Assembly (NCBI GenBank): GCA_964450385.1
Contig: CAYVEC010000006.1
Span: 8,745-72,744, forward strand
Length of the DNA stretch: 64,000 bases
Direction of reading: 5' to 3'
Source of the DNA: an uncultured Planctomycetales bacterium
Lineage (GTDB): Bacteria; Omnitrophota; Gorgyraeia; Zapsychrales; JANLHA01
Below, piece by piece: positions 55,946 through 64,000 of this stretch. The notes under the pieces were generated by a model. It worked only from the letters and a program-made list of their open reading frames with translations. It was not told the DNA's origin and ran no database searches. The translations under genes and the position numbers were made by a program. Position 1 is the stretch's first letter. Each line of letters begins with the position of its first letter.

Positions 55946-58900
55946 ATGCCGAAACGCAGCGATATCCATAAAATTTTATTGATCGGGTCCGGGCCGATTG
56001 TGATCGGCCAGGCCTGTGAATTTGACTATTCCGGCACTCAGGCCTGTAAGGCCTTGCGGGAGGAGGGCTATGAGGTTGTCTTGGTGAATTCCAATCCGGC
56101 GACGATCATGACCGACCCCGAGACCGCGGATGCAACCTATATTGAGCCGCTCACCGTTGAGTTCGTCGAGAAGATCATTGAGAAGGAACGGCCTGACGCG
56201 GTGCTTCCGACCCTCGGGGGCCAGACGGGGCTGAACCTCGCGATCGCGCTTTATGAGGCGGGAGTTCTTGAGCGTTACGGGGTCAAGATGCTCGGGGCGG
56301 CCTATGAGGTGATCAAGAAGGCCGAGGACCGGGAACATTTTAAAAAGGCGGTCGAGAGCATCGGGCTCGATCTGCCCCGGAGTGCGTTCGCCCGGACCAT
56401 GGACGAGGCCTGGGCCGCGGCCGAGGAGATCGGGTTCCCGCTGATCATCCGGTCGTCGTTCACCCTCGGCGGGACCGGCGGCGGGATCGTGCGCGACCGC
56501 GCGGATTTTGAACGTATGGCCTCGCTCGGTCTCGACAGCAGTATTATCCGCGAGATCCTCATTGAGGAATCGATCGAAGGGTGGAAGGAATATGAGCTCG
56601 AGGTCATGCGCGACACAAAGGATAACGTCGTCATCGTTTGTTCGATTGAAAACCTTGATCCCATGGGGGTCCATACCGGCGACAGCATTACGGTTGCGCC
56701 GCAGCAGACGCTGACCGATGCCGAGTACCAGGAGATGCGTGATGCCTCGCTCGCCTTGATCCGTGAGATCGGCGTCGAGACCGGCGGATCGAATATCCAG
56801 TTCGCGGTGGATTCCGAGAACGGCCGCATGGTCGTGATCGAGATGAATCCCCGCGTCTCGCGGAGTTCGGCCCTGGCGAGCAAGGCGACGGGGTTCCCGA
56901 TCGCGAAGTTCGCGGCGAAATTGGCGGTGGGGTATTCGCTCGACGAGATCCAGAACGATATTACCCGCGAGACCCCGGCGAGTTTCGAGCCGGCCATTGA
57001 TTACTGCGTGGTCAAGGCCCCGCGTTTTACCTTTGAGAAATTCCCCGAGGCCCAGGACATCCTCGGCGTCCAGATGAAATCCGTCGGTGAGACCATGGCG
57101 ATCGGCCGGACCTTTAAGGAGGCCCTGCAGAAGGCTCTGCGCGGGCTTGAGATCGGCCACGCCGGGCTCGACAACAAGCTCGATTATCGTCAGATCCCGC
57201 CGGAAAAGATCATCCAGCGCCTGAGCGAGCCGAACGCCTCTCGGATCTTTTATATCAAATACGCGTTTCAGGCCGGGATGTGCCTTGAGGAGATCGCGCG
57301 CATCAGCCGGATCGATCCCTGGTTCTTGGCGCAGATCGAGCAGATCCTTGACCTGGAACGCGATCTTGTGGCCGCGGCCGAGGCGAACGCTCTGACCCCC
57401 GAACTTCTCCGGCAGGCCAAGGAATACGGGTTCGGGGATGCCCAGCTCGCCGTGATCTTTAAGACCACGGAGCTCGAGATGAGGGCGCGGCGTAAAGCCC
57501 TGGGGATCACCGCTGTTTTTAAGCAGGTCGACACCTGCGCGGCCGAGTTCGAGGCGTATACCCCGTATTATTATTCGACGTATGAAAAGGAAGACGAGTC
57601 CGGAATCCGGGCCCGTGAGGCCTCCTCGCGGAAAAAGCGGATCATGATCCTCGGCGGCGGGCCGAACCGGATTGGTCAGGGGATCGAATTTGATTACTGC
57701 TGTTGTCATGCCTCCTTTGCCTTAAAAGAGATGGGGTTCGAGACGATCATGGTGAACTCGAATCCCGAGACGGTCTCCACAGATTATGATACCTCGGACC
57801 GCCTATATTTTGAGCCGGTGACCTTTGAGGATGTGATGAACATTGTGGAGGTCGAACGGCCGGACGGCGTTATTGTCCAGTACGGCGGCCAGACCCCGCT
57901 CAATCTTGCCCGGCGGCTTCATGAGGCCGGGGTCCCGATCATCGGGACGTCGGTGGATTCGATCGACCTCGCAGAGAACCGGGAACTCTTTTCCAAATTT
58001 ATCACGGGGCTCGGGATCGAACAGCCGGCCAACGGATCGGCGAATTCCGTCGAGGATGCAGTCGCCGCGGCCTCGGCGATCGGGTATCCCGTCCTGGCGC
58101 GGCCGTCGTATGTCCTGGGCGGGCGCGCGATGCGGATCGTTTATGACCGCGATGAACTGCTCCGTTTTATCGACGCGGCCAAGGAGGTCTCGGCGGGTCA
58201 TCCGATCCTCATCGATAAATTTATTGAGGACGCGATTGAGGTTGACGTTGATGCGATCTCGGACGGCCGGGATGTTGTGGTGGCCGGGATCATGGAGCAC
58301 ATTGAGAATGCCGGGATTCACTCCGGGGATTCGGCCTGTGTGATCCCGCCTCCGACGATCAGCGAGGCGACGCTTGAGCGGATCCGCGAGTGCACGCGCC
58401 AGATGGCGCTCGGCCTTCATGTGGTGGGCCTGATGAATGTCCAGTTCGCGATCAAGGGGAGCCGGGTGATGGTTCTTGAGGTCAATCCGCGCGCCTCGCG
58501 CACGATCCCGTTCGTGGCCAAGGCCACGGGCAATCCGGTCGCGAAGATCGCGGCCCAGATCATGGCCGGGAAACAGCTGGGTGATTTTCAATTGAACCTC
58601 GGCGACCCGGACCATTTTTCGATCAAAGAGTCTGTCCTGCCGTTCTCTCGTTTTTCCGGCGTGGATATTGTCCTAGGACCTGAAATGAAATCGACTGGCG
58701 AGGTTATGGGGATCGCGGCCTCGTATGGGGAGGCCTTCGCGAAATCGCAGATCGCGGCCGGCCAGAGCCTGCCGCGCGAGGGTGCGGTCTTTATCAGCGT
58801 GAACGATGAGGATAAGCGCCAGACGATCTTTGTCGCCAAAAAATTGAGGGATCTCGGATTTGACCTTGTGGCCACGAGGGGAACGGCCAAGGTACTCCGC

Positions 58901-59197
58901 TCGAACGGGGTTCCGGTGGAGGTCGTTGAGAAATGCGGCGAGGGTCAGCAGGACCTGATGAAGCTGGTCCGCGGGGGGCGCATCCGCCTGATTCTAAATA
59001 CACCGTCGGGGTCCCGGAGTCAGTCCGACATGCGGGCGATCCGCGCGGCGGCGATCCTTCACGGGGTGCCGTGTATCACGACACTTCAGGGGGCCTGGGC
59101 CGCGGTCAACGCCCTGGACGTCGCGGGTCAGGCGGGGTGGTCGGTCTGTTCGCTTCAGGATTATTATGCCCGGCGGACTCAGGGCCCGAAAGGCTAG
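55946..59197 (+). CDS. carB: carbamoyl-phosphate synthase large subunit
   Basis: 1083 aa; duplicated ATP-grasp halves, oligomerisation domain, MGS-like C-terminus. Confidence 0.95.
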   Translation: MPKRSDIHKILLIGSGPIVIGQACEFDYSGTQACKALREEGYEVVLVNSNPATIMTDPETADATYIEPLTVEFVEKIIEKERPDAVLPTLGGQTGLNLAIALYEAGVLERYGVKMLGAAYEVIKKAEDREHFKKAVESIGLDLPRSAFARTMDEAWAAAEEIGFPLIIRSSFTLGGTGGGIVRDRADFERMASLGLDSSIIREILIEESIEGWKEYELEVMRDTKDNVVIVCSIENLDPMGVHTGDSITVAPQQTLTDAEYQEMRDASLALIREIGVETGGSNIQFAVDSENGRMVVIEMNPRVSRSSALASKATGFPIAKFAAKLAVGYSLDEIQNDITRETPASFEPAIDYCVVKAPRFTFEKFPEAQDILGVQMKSVGETMAIGRTFKEALQKALRGLEIGHAGLDNKLDYRQIPPEKIIQRLSEPNASRIFYIKYAFQAGMCLEEIARISRIDPWFLAQIEQILDLERDLVAAAEANALTPELLRQAKEYGFGDAQLAVIFKTTELEMRARRKALGITAVFKQVDTCAAEFEAYTPYYYSTYEKEDESGIRAREASSRKKRIMILGGGPNRIGQGIEFDYCCCHASFALKEMGFETIMVNSNPETVSTDYDTSDRLYFEPVTFEDVMNIVEVERPDGVIVQYGGQTPLNLARRLHEAGVPIIGTSVDSIDLAENRELFSKFITGLGIEQPANGSANSVEDAVAAASAIGYPVLARPSYVLGGRAMRIVYDRDELLRFIDAAKEVSAGHPILIDKFIEDAIEVDVDAISDGRDVVVAGIMEHIENAGIHSGDSACVIPPPTISEATLERIRECTRQMALGLHVVGLMNVQFAIKGSRVMVLEVNPRASRTIPFVAKATGNPVAKIAAQIMAGKQLGDFQLNLGDPDHFSIKESVLPFSRFSGVDIVLGPEMKSTGEVMGIAASYGEAFAKSQIAAGQSLPREGAVFISVNDEDKRQTIFVAKKLRDLGFDLVATRGTAKVLRSNGVPVEVVEKCGEGQQDLMKLVRGGRIRLILNTPSGSRSQSDMRAIRAAAILHGVPCITTLQGAWAAVNALDVAGQAGWSVCSLQDYYARRTQGPKG

Positions 59198-59224
59198 GCA
59201 GGGTCGTGATCGAGAGGGGGACGT

Positions 59225-60598
59225 ATGTGCGGGATCATCGGAATATCGAATCAGCCCGAGGCAAGCAAGGCCATTTATTTGGGGCTCTACGCCCTTCAGC
59301 ACCGCGGTGAGGAGGCGGCCGGGGTGGCCTCGTTCGACGGAGACCGGGTGCATCTGATCAAGAATCCCGGGCTCGTCACGGACGCCTTGAGCCCGCAGGA
59401 CCTTGACAGGCTGAAAGGCCGCGCCGCGATCGGGCACTGCCGGTATTCGACGACCGGATCGAGCAATGTGAAGAACACCCAGCCGTTCCTCGTCCGTCAC
59501 CGCGGGCAGTCGATCGCGATCGCCCACAATGGCAATTTGACGAACACCGCCGAGCTCCATCACCGCCTCGAAGAGGAGGGATCGCTGTTTCAGACCACGA
59601 TGGATTCGGAGCTCATCGTTCATCTCTTGGCCAAGGAAAAGGCCGGCGACCTTGCGGGGATGTTCACGAACGTCCTCCGCCAGCTCGAGGGCGCCTTCTC
59701 GCTCGTCTTTCTCGTTGGAGACACGATTGTCGGGGCCCGGGACCCCAAGGGCTTTCGGCCCCTGTGCCTGGGGAAGGCCGCTGAGGGGTATGTCCTTGCG
59801 AGTGAGACATGTGCCTTTGACCTGATCGGCGCTGAGCACGTCCGGGAGATCGAGCCTGGTGAACTGGTCATTATCAAGAAAGACATCTTGGAGACGTATC
59901 GTTATGCGCAGACATCAGGGGCTTCGGCCCAGTGTATTTTTGAGAATATCTATTTTTCTCGTCCAGACAGCCGTATTTTTGGTGACAATGTATATTTGAC
60001 ACGCAAACGCTTGGGCGCGCAGCTCGCCAAGGAACACCCGAAGCGAGACGCGGATTTTGTGATGGCGATCCCAGATTCGGGAAATTACGCGGCCCTGGGG
60101 TATGCGCAGGAGATCGGTCTGCCGTTCGAGACCGGGATGATCCGGAACCACTATATCGGTCGGACGTTTATCCAGCCCACGCAGTTCATCCGCGAGGCTC
60201 GGGTCCGGGTCAAGCTGAATCCGATTCGGGAGGTTCTGGCCGGCAAGAGCGTTGTCGTTGTCGAGGACTCGATCGTGCGCGGGACTACGAGCCGGAGCCG
60301 GATCGAGGCGATCCGGAAGGCCGGGGCGCGCGAGATCCACATGCGGATCAGCTGTCCGCCGATCCAGTGGCCGTGTTTTTACGGGATCGATTTTCCTAAT
60401 AAAAAAGAATTGATCGCTTCGAATCAGACGGTCGAGGAGATCGCCCGTTTTATCGGGGTGGATTCGCTCGGGTATCTGAGCCGGGAGGGGATGCTTTCGG
60501 CGATGGCGACGAAGGGGACGTTCTGTCACGCGTGTTTTTCAGGGACGTATCCAGTGGCGGTCCCGGGCGGGCAGGGGAAATATCTGCTTGAAGCATGA
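59225..60598 (+). CDS. purF: amidophosphoribosyltransferase
   Basis: N-terminal MCGIIGI (Ntn Cys after Met removal), PRT-type domain, C-terminal Cys residues for Fe-S cluster. Confidence 0.9.
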   Translation: MCGIIGISNQPEASKAIYLGLYALQHRGEEAAGVASFDGDRVHLIKNPGLVTDALSPQDLDRLKGRAAIGHCRYSTTGSSNVKNTQPFLVRHRGQSIAIAHNGNLTNTAELHHRLEEEGSLFQTTMDSELIVHLLAKEKAGDLAGMFTNVLRQLEGAFSLVFLVGDTIVGARDPKGFRPLCLGKAAEGYVLASETCAFDLIGAEHVREIEPGELVIIKKDILETYRYAQTSGASAQCIFENIYFSRPDSRIFGDNVYLTRKRLGAQLAKEHPKRDADFVMAIPDSGNYAALGYAQEIGLPFETGMIRNHYIGRTFIQPTQFIREARVRVKLNPIREVLAGKSVVVVEDSIVRGTTSRSRIEAIRKAGAREIHMRISCPPIQWPCFYGIDFPNKKELIASNQTVEEIARFIGVDSLGYLSREGMLSAMATKGTFCHACFSGTYPVAVPGGQGKYLLEA

Positions 60599-60649
60599 GG
60601 GTTCAGACCAGAGTCCAGAGATGAGGGCGCATAACGATAGGGGCGGAGG

Positions 60650-62257
60650 ATGAGTAAATTCATTTTTGTCACCGGGGGCGTTGTTTCGAGTCTGGGCAAA
60701 GGGCTGGCGTCGGCCTCGATCGGAAAATTGCTCGAGGAGCGCGGGCTCAAGGTCGCGTTCATCAAATGCGATCCGTATCTGAACGTCGATCCCGGGACGA
60801 TGAGCCCCTTTCAGCATGGCGAGGTTTATGTCACGGATGACGGCGCCGAGACGGACCTCGACCTCGGTCATTATGAACGGTTCACCCATGCTGTCTGCAC
60901 CCGTTCGAGCAATATCACGACGGGCAAGATCTATTATTCGGTGATCACGAAAGAACGCCGGGGGGATTATCTCGGTAAGACGATCCAGATTATCCCGCAT
61001 ATTACGAACGAGATCAAGGACGCGATCCGCCGGGTCCCCAAGGAGCAGGATGTCGATGTCACGATCGTGGAGATCGGCGGCACCGTCGGCGACATCGAGA
61101 GCCTTCCCTTTTTGGAGGCGATCCGTCAGATGCGCTGGGAACTCGGAGAGGGTTACGCGATCAACATCCATGTGACCCTTCTGCCTTATATCAAAGCCGC
61201 GGGGGAGCATAAGACCAAGCCGACCCAGCACAGCGTCGGACGGCTTCGCGAGATCGGGATCCAGCCGGATTTCCTGCTCTGCCGGACTGAAAAACACATG
61301 ACGAAGGATCAGCGGGATAAGATCTCGCTGTTCTGCAATGTCGACCGCGATTCGGTCATTGAGGCGATCGATGTCAAAAGCATCTATGAGGTCCCGCTCT
61401 TTTTTAAGAAACAGCGGCTCGATGACCTGATCCTGCGGAAACTGAATATCCCGCGCGAGGACAGGGAGATGACCTCGTGGGAGGAGGTGGTGGGCCGCGT
61501 CCGCCAGCCTGGGCATGAGGTCCGGATCGCTGTCGTTGGGAAATATATCGCCCTGCCGGACGCGTATAAATCGATCTATGAGGCCCTGACCCACGGCGGG
61601 ATCGCGAATGACACGCGGGTCTGTGTCGAGAAGATCGATTCCGAAGACCTGGAGAAGGGCGGGAACCCGGGCCAGTATCTCGCGACAGCGGACGGGATCC
61701 TGATCCCCGGCGGGTTTGGCGATCGGGGGATCGAGGGAAAGATCACGGCCGTGCGCTACGCCCGCGAACAGGGGGTTCCGTTCTTTGGCATCTGTCTCGG
61801 CATGCAGGTGGCCACGATCGAGTTCGCCCGGAATGTCTGCGGCATGGACGCCGCGAATTCAACGGAATTCAAGGTCGACACCCCGCATCCGGTGATCAGC
61901 CTTCTTGAGGAACAAAAGACGGTCCGGACCAAGGGGGCCACGATGCGCCTCGGATCCTATGAGTGCCGTCTCGCAAAGTCCTCGCGGGCCTACGCGGCCT
62001 ATGGTCAGGAGACGATCCATGAACGGCATCGTCACCGGTATGAATTTAACGGCGCCTACCTCGATGCCCTGACAAAGCATGGGGCTGTTGTCGCCGGGAC
62101 CAATCCCGAGACCGGGCTCGTTGAGATCATTGAGATCCCGGCCCACCCCTGGTTCGTGGCCTGCCAGTTCCATCCGGAATTCAAGTCAAAACCGGACCAG
62201 GCCCATCCCTTATTTCGGCATTTCGTCGCCGCGGCCCTCGCGCGTCAGAAACGCTGA
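60650..62257 (+). CDS. pyrG: CTP synthase
   Basis: N-terminal synthetase domain [19 protein letters not shown]-terminal GATase GICLGMQ; 535 aa. Confidence 0.95.
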   Translation: MSKFIFVTGGVVSSLGKGLASASIGKLLEERGLKVAFIKCDPYLNVDPGTMSPFQHGEVYVTDDGAETDLDLGHYERFTHAVCTRSSNITTGKIYYSVITKERRGDYLGKTIQIIPHITNEIKDAIRRVPKEQDVDVTIVEIGGTVGDIESLPFLEAIRQMRWELGEGYAINIHVTLLPYIKAAGEHKTKPTQHSVGRLREIGIQPDFLLCRTEKHMTKDQRDKISLFCNVDRDSVIEAIDVKSIYEVPLFFKKQRLDDLILRKLNIPREDREMTSWEEVVGRVRQPGHEVRIAVVGKYIALPDAYKSIYEALTHGGIANDTRVCVEKIDSEDLEKGGNPGQYLATADGILIPGGFGDRGIEGKITAVRYAREQGVPFFGICLGMQVATIEFARNVCGMDAANSTEFKVDTPHPVISLLEEQKTVRTKGATMRLGSYECRLAKSSRAYAAYGQETIHERHRHRYEFNGAYLDALTKHGAVVAGTNPETGLVEIIEIPAHPWFVACQFHPEFKSKPDQAHPLFRHFVAAALARQKR

Positions 62258-62321
62258 AATAAAAATAAGTGTATTTTTTGACATTTATCTATATAATGGT
62301 TCTGCCCTAAAGGGTTTGGGG

Positions 62322-62340
62322 AGGCCGGTGAGGCCTTTTT
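62322..62340 (+). terminator. weak terminator-like hairpin after pyrG
   Basis: AGGCC-GGTGA-GGCCT then TTTTT. Confidence 0.35.
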
Positions 62341-62403
62341 CGCGGCGGTGACACCTGTGGCCGGAGGGGCAGATTGACAAGCGATGTTCCTGGTTGGAGT
62401 TTC

Positions 62404-62485
<82 letters not shown>

Positions 62486-62632
62486 TAAATTTTTCATATG
62501 TATTTTGTGTACGTATTAAAAAGTCGGATCCGGAAATATTCGTATGTAGGGTGAACGAATAATATTGATCGGCGGGTTCGCGAGCATCAGGAGGGGCGAA
62601 GCCGGAGCACTCGGGCGTATCGGCCTTTTGAT

Positions 62633-62815
62633 GTGGTTTCTGTGGAAGAGTTTGAGACTCGGGGAGAGGCTCGGCTCCGTGAGAAGTGGCTGAAGAGCGG
62701 CTGTGGACGGGAGATGAGGAAGAAGGAGGGTTCTCAAGCGCGTCGATGCCTCCTAATGGCAGACAGACAGGAGGGGCGTGTGGAGCAATCCCTGCCCGCC
62801 GGCAGGCGGGCATGA
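62633..62815 (+). pseudogene. remnant of GIY-YIG (YhbQ/UPF0213-type) endonuclease gene, C-terminal third only
   Basis: Translation VSVEEFETRGEARLREKWLKSG matches the conserved C-terminal block of YhbQ-like GIY-YIG proteins; an EHSG-like piece of the middle motif appears in another frame upstream; no intact GIY-YIG N-terminus. Confidence 0.45.
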
Positions 62816-62838
62816 GGGTTCGATTCCCTCCTCGCGCA
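62738..62838 (+). repeat. degenerate second copy of tRNA-Leu(GAG): 3' half identical, 5' half decayed, 20-nt palindromic insertion in variable arm
   Basis: 62771-62791 and 62812-62849 are identical to the anticodon-loop-to-3'-flank part of the upstream tRNA, including 9 nt past the acceptor end (TAAATTTTT); inserted CTGCCCGCCGGCAGGCGGGC forms a 7-bp hairpin; acceptor 5' strand and anticodon stem no longer pair. Confidence 0.5.
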
Positions 62839-62850
62839 TAAATTTTTTCG

Positions 62851-63591
62851 TTGTCGGATCCCATCATGAAGGGGCGTATGTCCAAGGACATTCAGGTTAG
62901 CGTTAGCATTCTCTGCGCCGACTTTACGCGGTTGGCCGAGGAGGTCCGGCGGATCGAGGCGAGCGGTGCTGACCGCATTCACGTGGATGTGATGGACGGC
63001 CATTTTGTCGCGCCCATTACCATGGGCGATCTCATCGTCAAAGCCGTGAGGCCGCTCACGCGGCTCATCATTGAGGCGCACTTGATGATCGATCATCCGG
63101 CCTCTCAGATCGAAAATTTTGCCCGCGCCGGCGCGGACGTGATCTCGGTCCACGCTGAGTGCTACGGTCCGCGGAGCGCGGCATCTGCCGGATTCGGCCG
63201 TTTCCCTAAAGAGATCGTCCATTTTGACCGTGAGGCGGCGCGCCGCGATTTGAGCGCGATCCGCGCCTTGGGGAAAAAGGCGGTCCTTGTCTTTAATCCC
63301 GCGACCCCGGTGACGATCGATGGTCTTATTGACGTGATCGATGGGGTTTTGATCATGTCGGTCAATCCCGGTTTTGCGCACCAGAAATTCATGCCGGCCG
63401 CGCTCGGGAAGGTCGATCAGGCCGCGCGCCTCGTTGACGAGGTGGCGATCGACGGAGGGATTAACGACGTGACCGGAGCGGAGGCGGTGAAGGCCGGGGC
63501 CACGGTCCTTGCGACGGCGAGTTATTTTTTTGCCTCGAAAGACCCTCAGCGGCTCGTCAAGGGGCTCAAGGCCTTAGGCGATTCCCACTAA
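62851..63591 (+). CDS. rpe: ribulose-phosphate 3-epimerase
   Basis: ...IQVSVSILCADFTRLAEEVRRIEASGADRIHVDVMDGHFV... canonical Rpe barrel; true start probably internal ATG 62866 or 62878. Confidence 0.85.
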   Translation: MSDPIMKGRMSKDIQVSVSILCADFTRLAEEVRRIEASGADRIHVDVMDGHFVAPITMGDLIVKAVRPLTRLIIEAHLMIDHPASQIENFARAGADVISVHAECYGPRSAASAGFGRFPKEIVHFDREAARRDLSAIRALGKKAVLVFNPATPVTIDGLIDVIDGVLIMSVNPGFAHQKFMPAALGKVDQAARLVDEVAIDGGINDVTGAEAVKAGATVLATASYFFASKDPQRLVKGLKALGDSH

Positions 63592-63659
63592 AGGGGATGG
63601 TAAAGCCGGCGAAGATTTGATATACTTTGAGTGATTCATGATGAATGTCTAGGTGAGGA

Positions 63660-63881
63660 TTGACTATGAACAACCTGCGTTCTCACGGAGCACAGACGGC
63701 GATTGAGTACATCATCCTTTTAACGATGGTGATGGTGGTTGTTCTTTTGTCGTTTCATCCCGAACGGGGACTGCTCATTAAGGCCAAGGATCGTGCTGAG
63801 GAGTTCTATAACCATATCGTGAAGAACGCGGTCGGCACCAATGCCGATAGGGTGATTGGCAAGAACGGCCCGTTTTTTTAG
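63660..63881 (+). CDS. Flp/Tad-type pilin precursor
   Basis: 73 aa; class III signal motif ...HGAQTAIEYIILLTMVMVVV (G/xxxxEY followed by hydrophobic helix) typical of Flp family prepilins. Confidence 0.55.
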   Translation: MTMNNLRSHGAQTAIEYIILLTMVMVVVLLSFHPERGLLIKAKDRAEEFYNHIVKNAVGTNADRVIGKNGPFF

Positions 63882-63892
63882 TCTGCAGAAAT

Positions 63893-64000
63893 TAATTCTT
63901 CCGCTTGTCCCGAACCACAATACTTTTATCGAATGATTTGGCGTAACGCTTGAGCTCGGCCCCGATCTCTGCGATCTGGGCGACGTGGGTGAGGTTTGCC
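63893..64000 (-). CDS. 3' end of unidentified minus-strand gene (continues beyond window)
   Basis: Open minus-strand frame from window edge ending ...AQIAEIGAELKRYAKSFDKSIVVRDKRKN with TAA stop (plus-strand TTA 63893-63895). Confidence 0.3.

Noticed and set aside
62278-62297. TTGACA ... TATAAT pair just after pyrG as a promoter
   Set aside because: The spacer is only 8 nt, so this is not a functional sigma70 geometry. It is probably a chance match in an AT-rich terminator region.

Overview
This is a 64-kb window from a high-GC (about 60%) bacterial chromosome. It is almost entirely + strand, densely packed housekeeping genes; the true minus-strand genes are a PEP-CTERM protein, an SSS transporter and a gene fragment at the right edge. 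Most long minus-strand ORFs in the ORF track lie inside real + strand genes and are discarded as high-GC shadow ORFs. Gene order: yicC(partial)-gmk-rpoZ-coaC; tRNA-Cys/Leu/Val; thrS-infC-rpmI-rplT; trkA-trkH; pheS-pheT; PEP-CTERM protein (-); rarA; a low-GC 5-formyl-THF cycloligase islet; rny-ymdB-pilZ; gltX, a small lipoprotein ORF, tRNA-Gln, glnS; rex; PG-binding lipoprotein; Pta-N-like P-loop/DRTGG protein; thiolase; a complete nqrABCDEF operon plus an NqrM-like small Cys protein. A roughly 22-kb nitrogen/glutamine block follows: GAF-ANTAR regulator, nfnAB-like, gdhA, a compositionally atypical giant ORFan, amt-glnK, a micro-ORF, glnN (GS type III), class-I GATase, nadE, gltB-gltD. Then an SSS transporter (-), a TPR lipoprotein, carA-carB-purF-pyrG, tRNA-Leu(GAG) with a GIY-YIG gene remnant and a degenerate tRNA copy, rpe, and an Flp-type pilin. 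No CRISPR array, integrase or transposase is visible. The most unusual object is the 3.6-kb low-GC ORFan between gdhA and amt: its reading frame runs straight through one internal TAG, it has an ambiguous dual-frame 5' end, and it carries two perfect 25-bp internal direct repeats. It is flanked by structured, attenuator-like leaders in front of amt, the nfn operon and carA. Coordinates of non-ORF features were derived by hand relative to ORF-track anchors and may be off by 1-2 nt.
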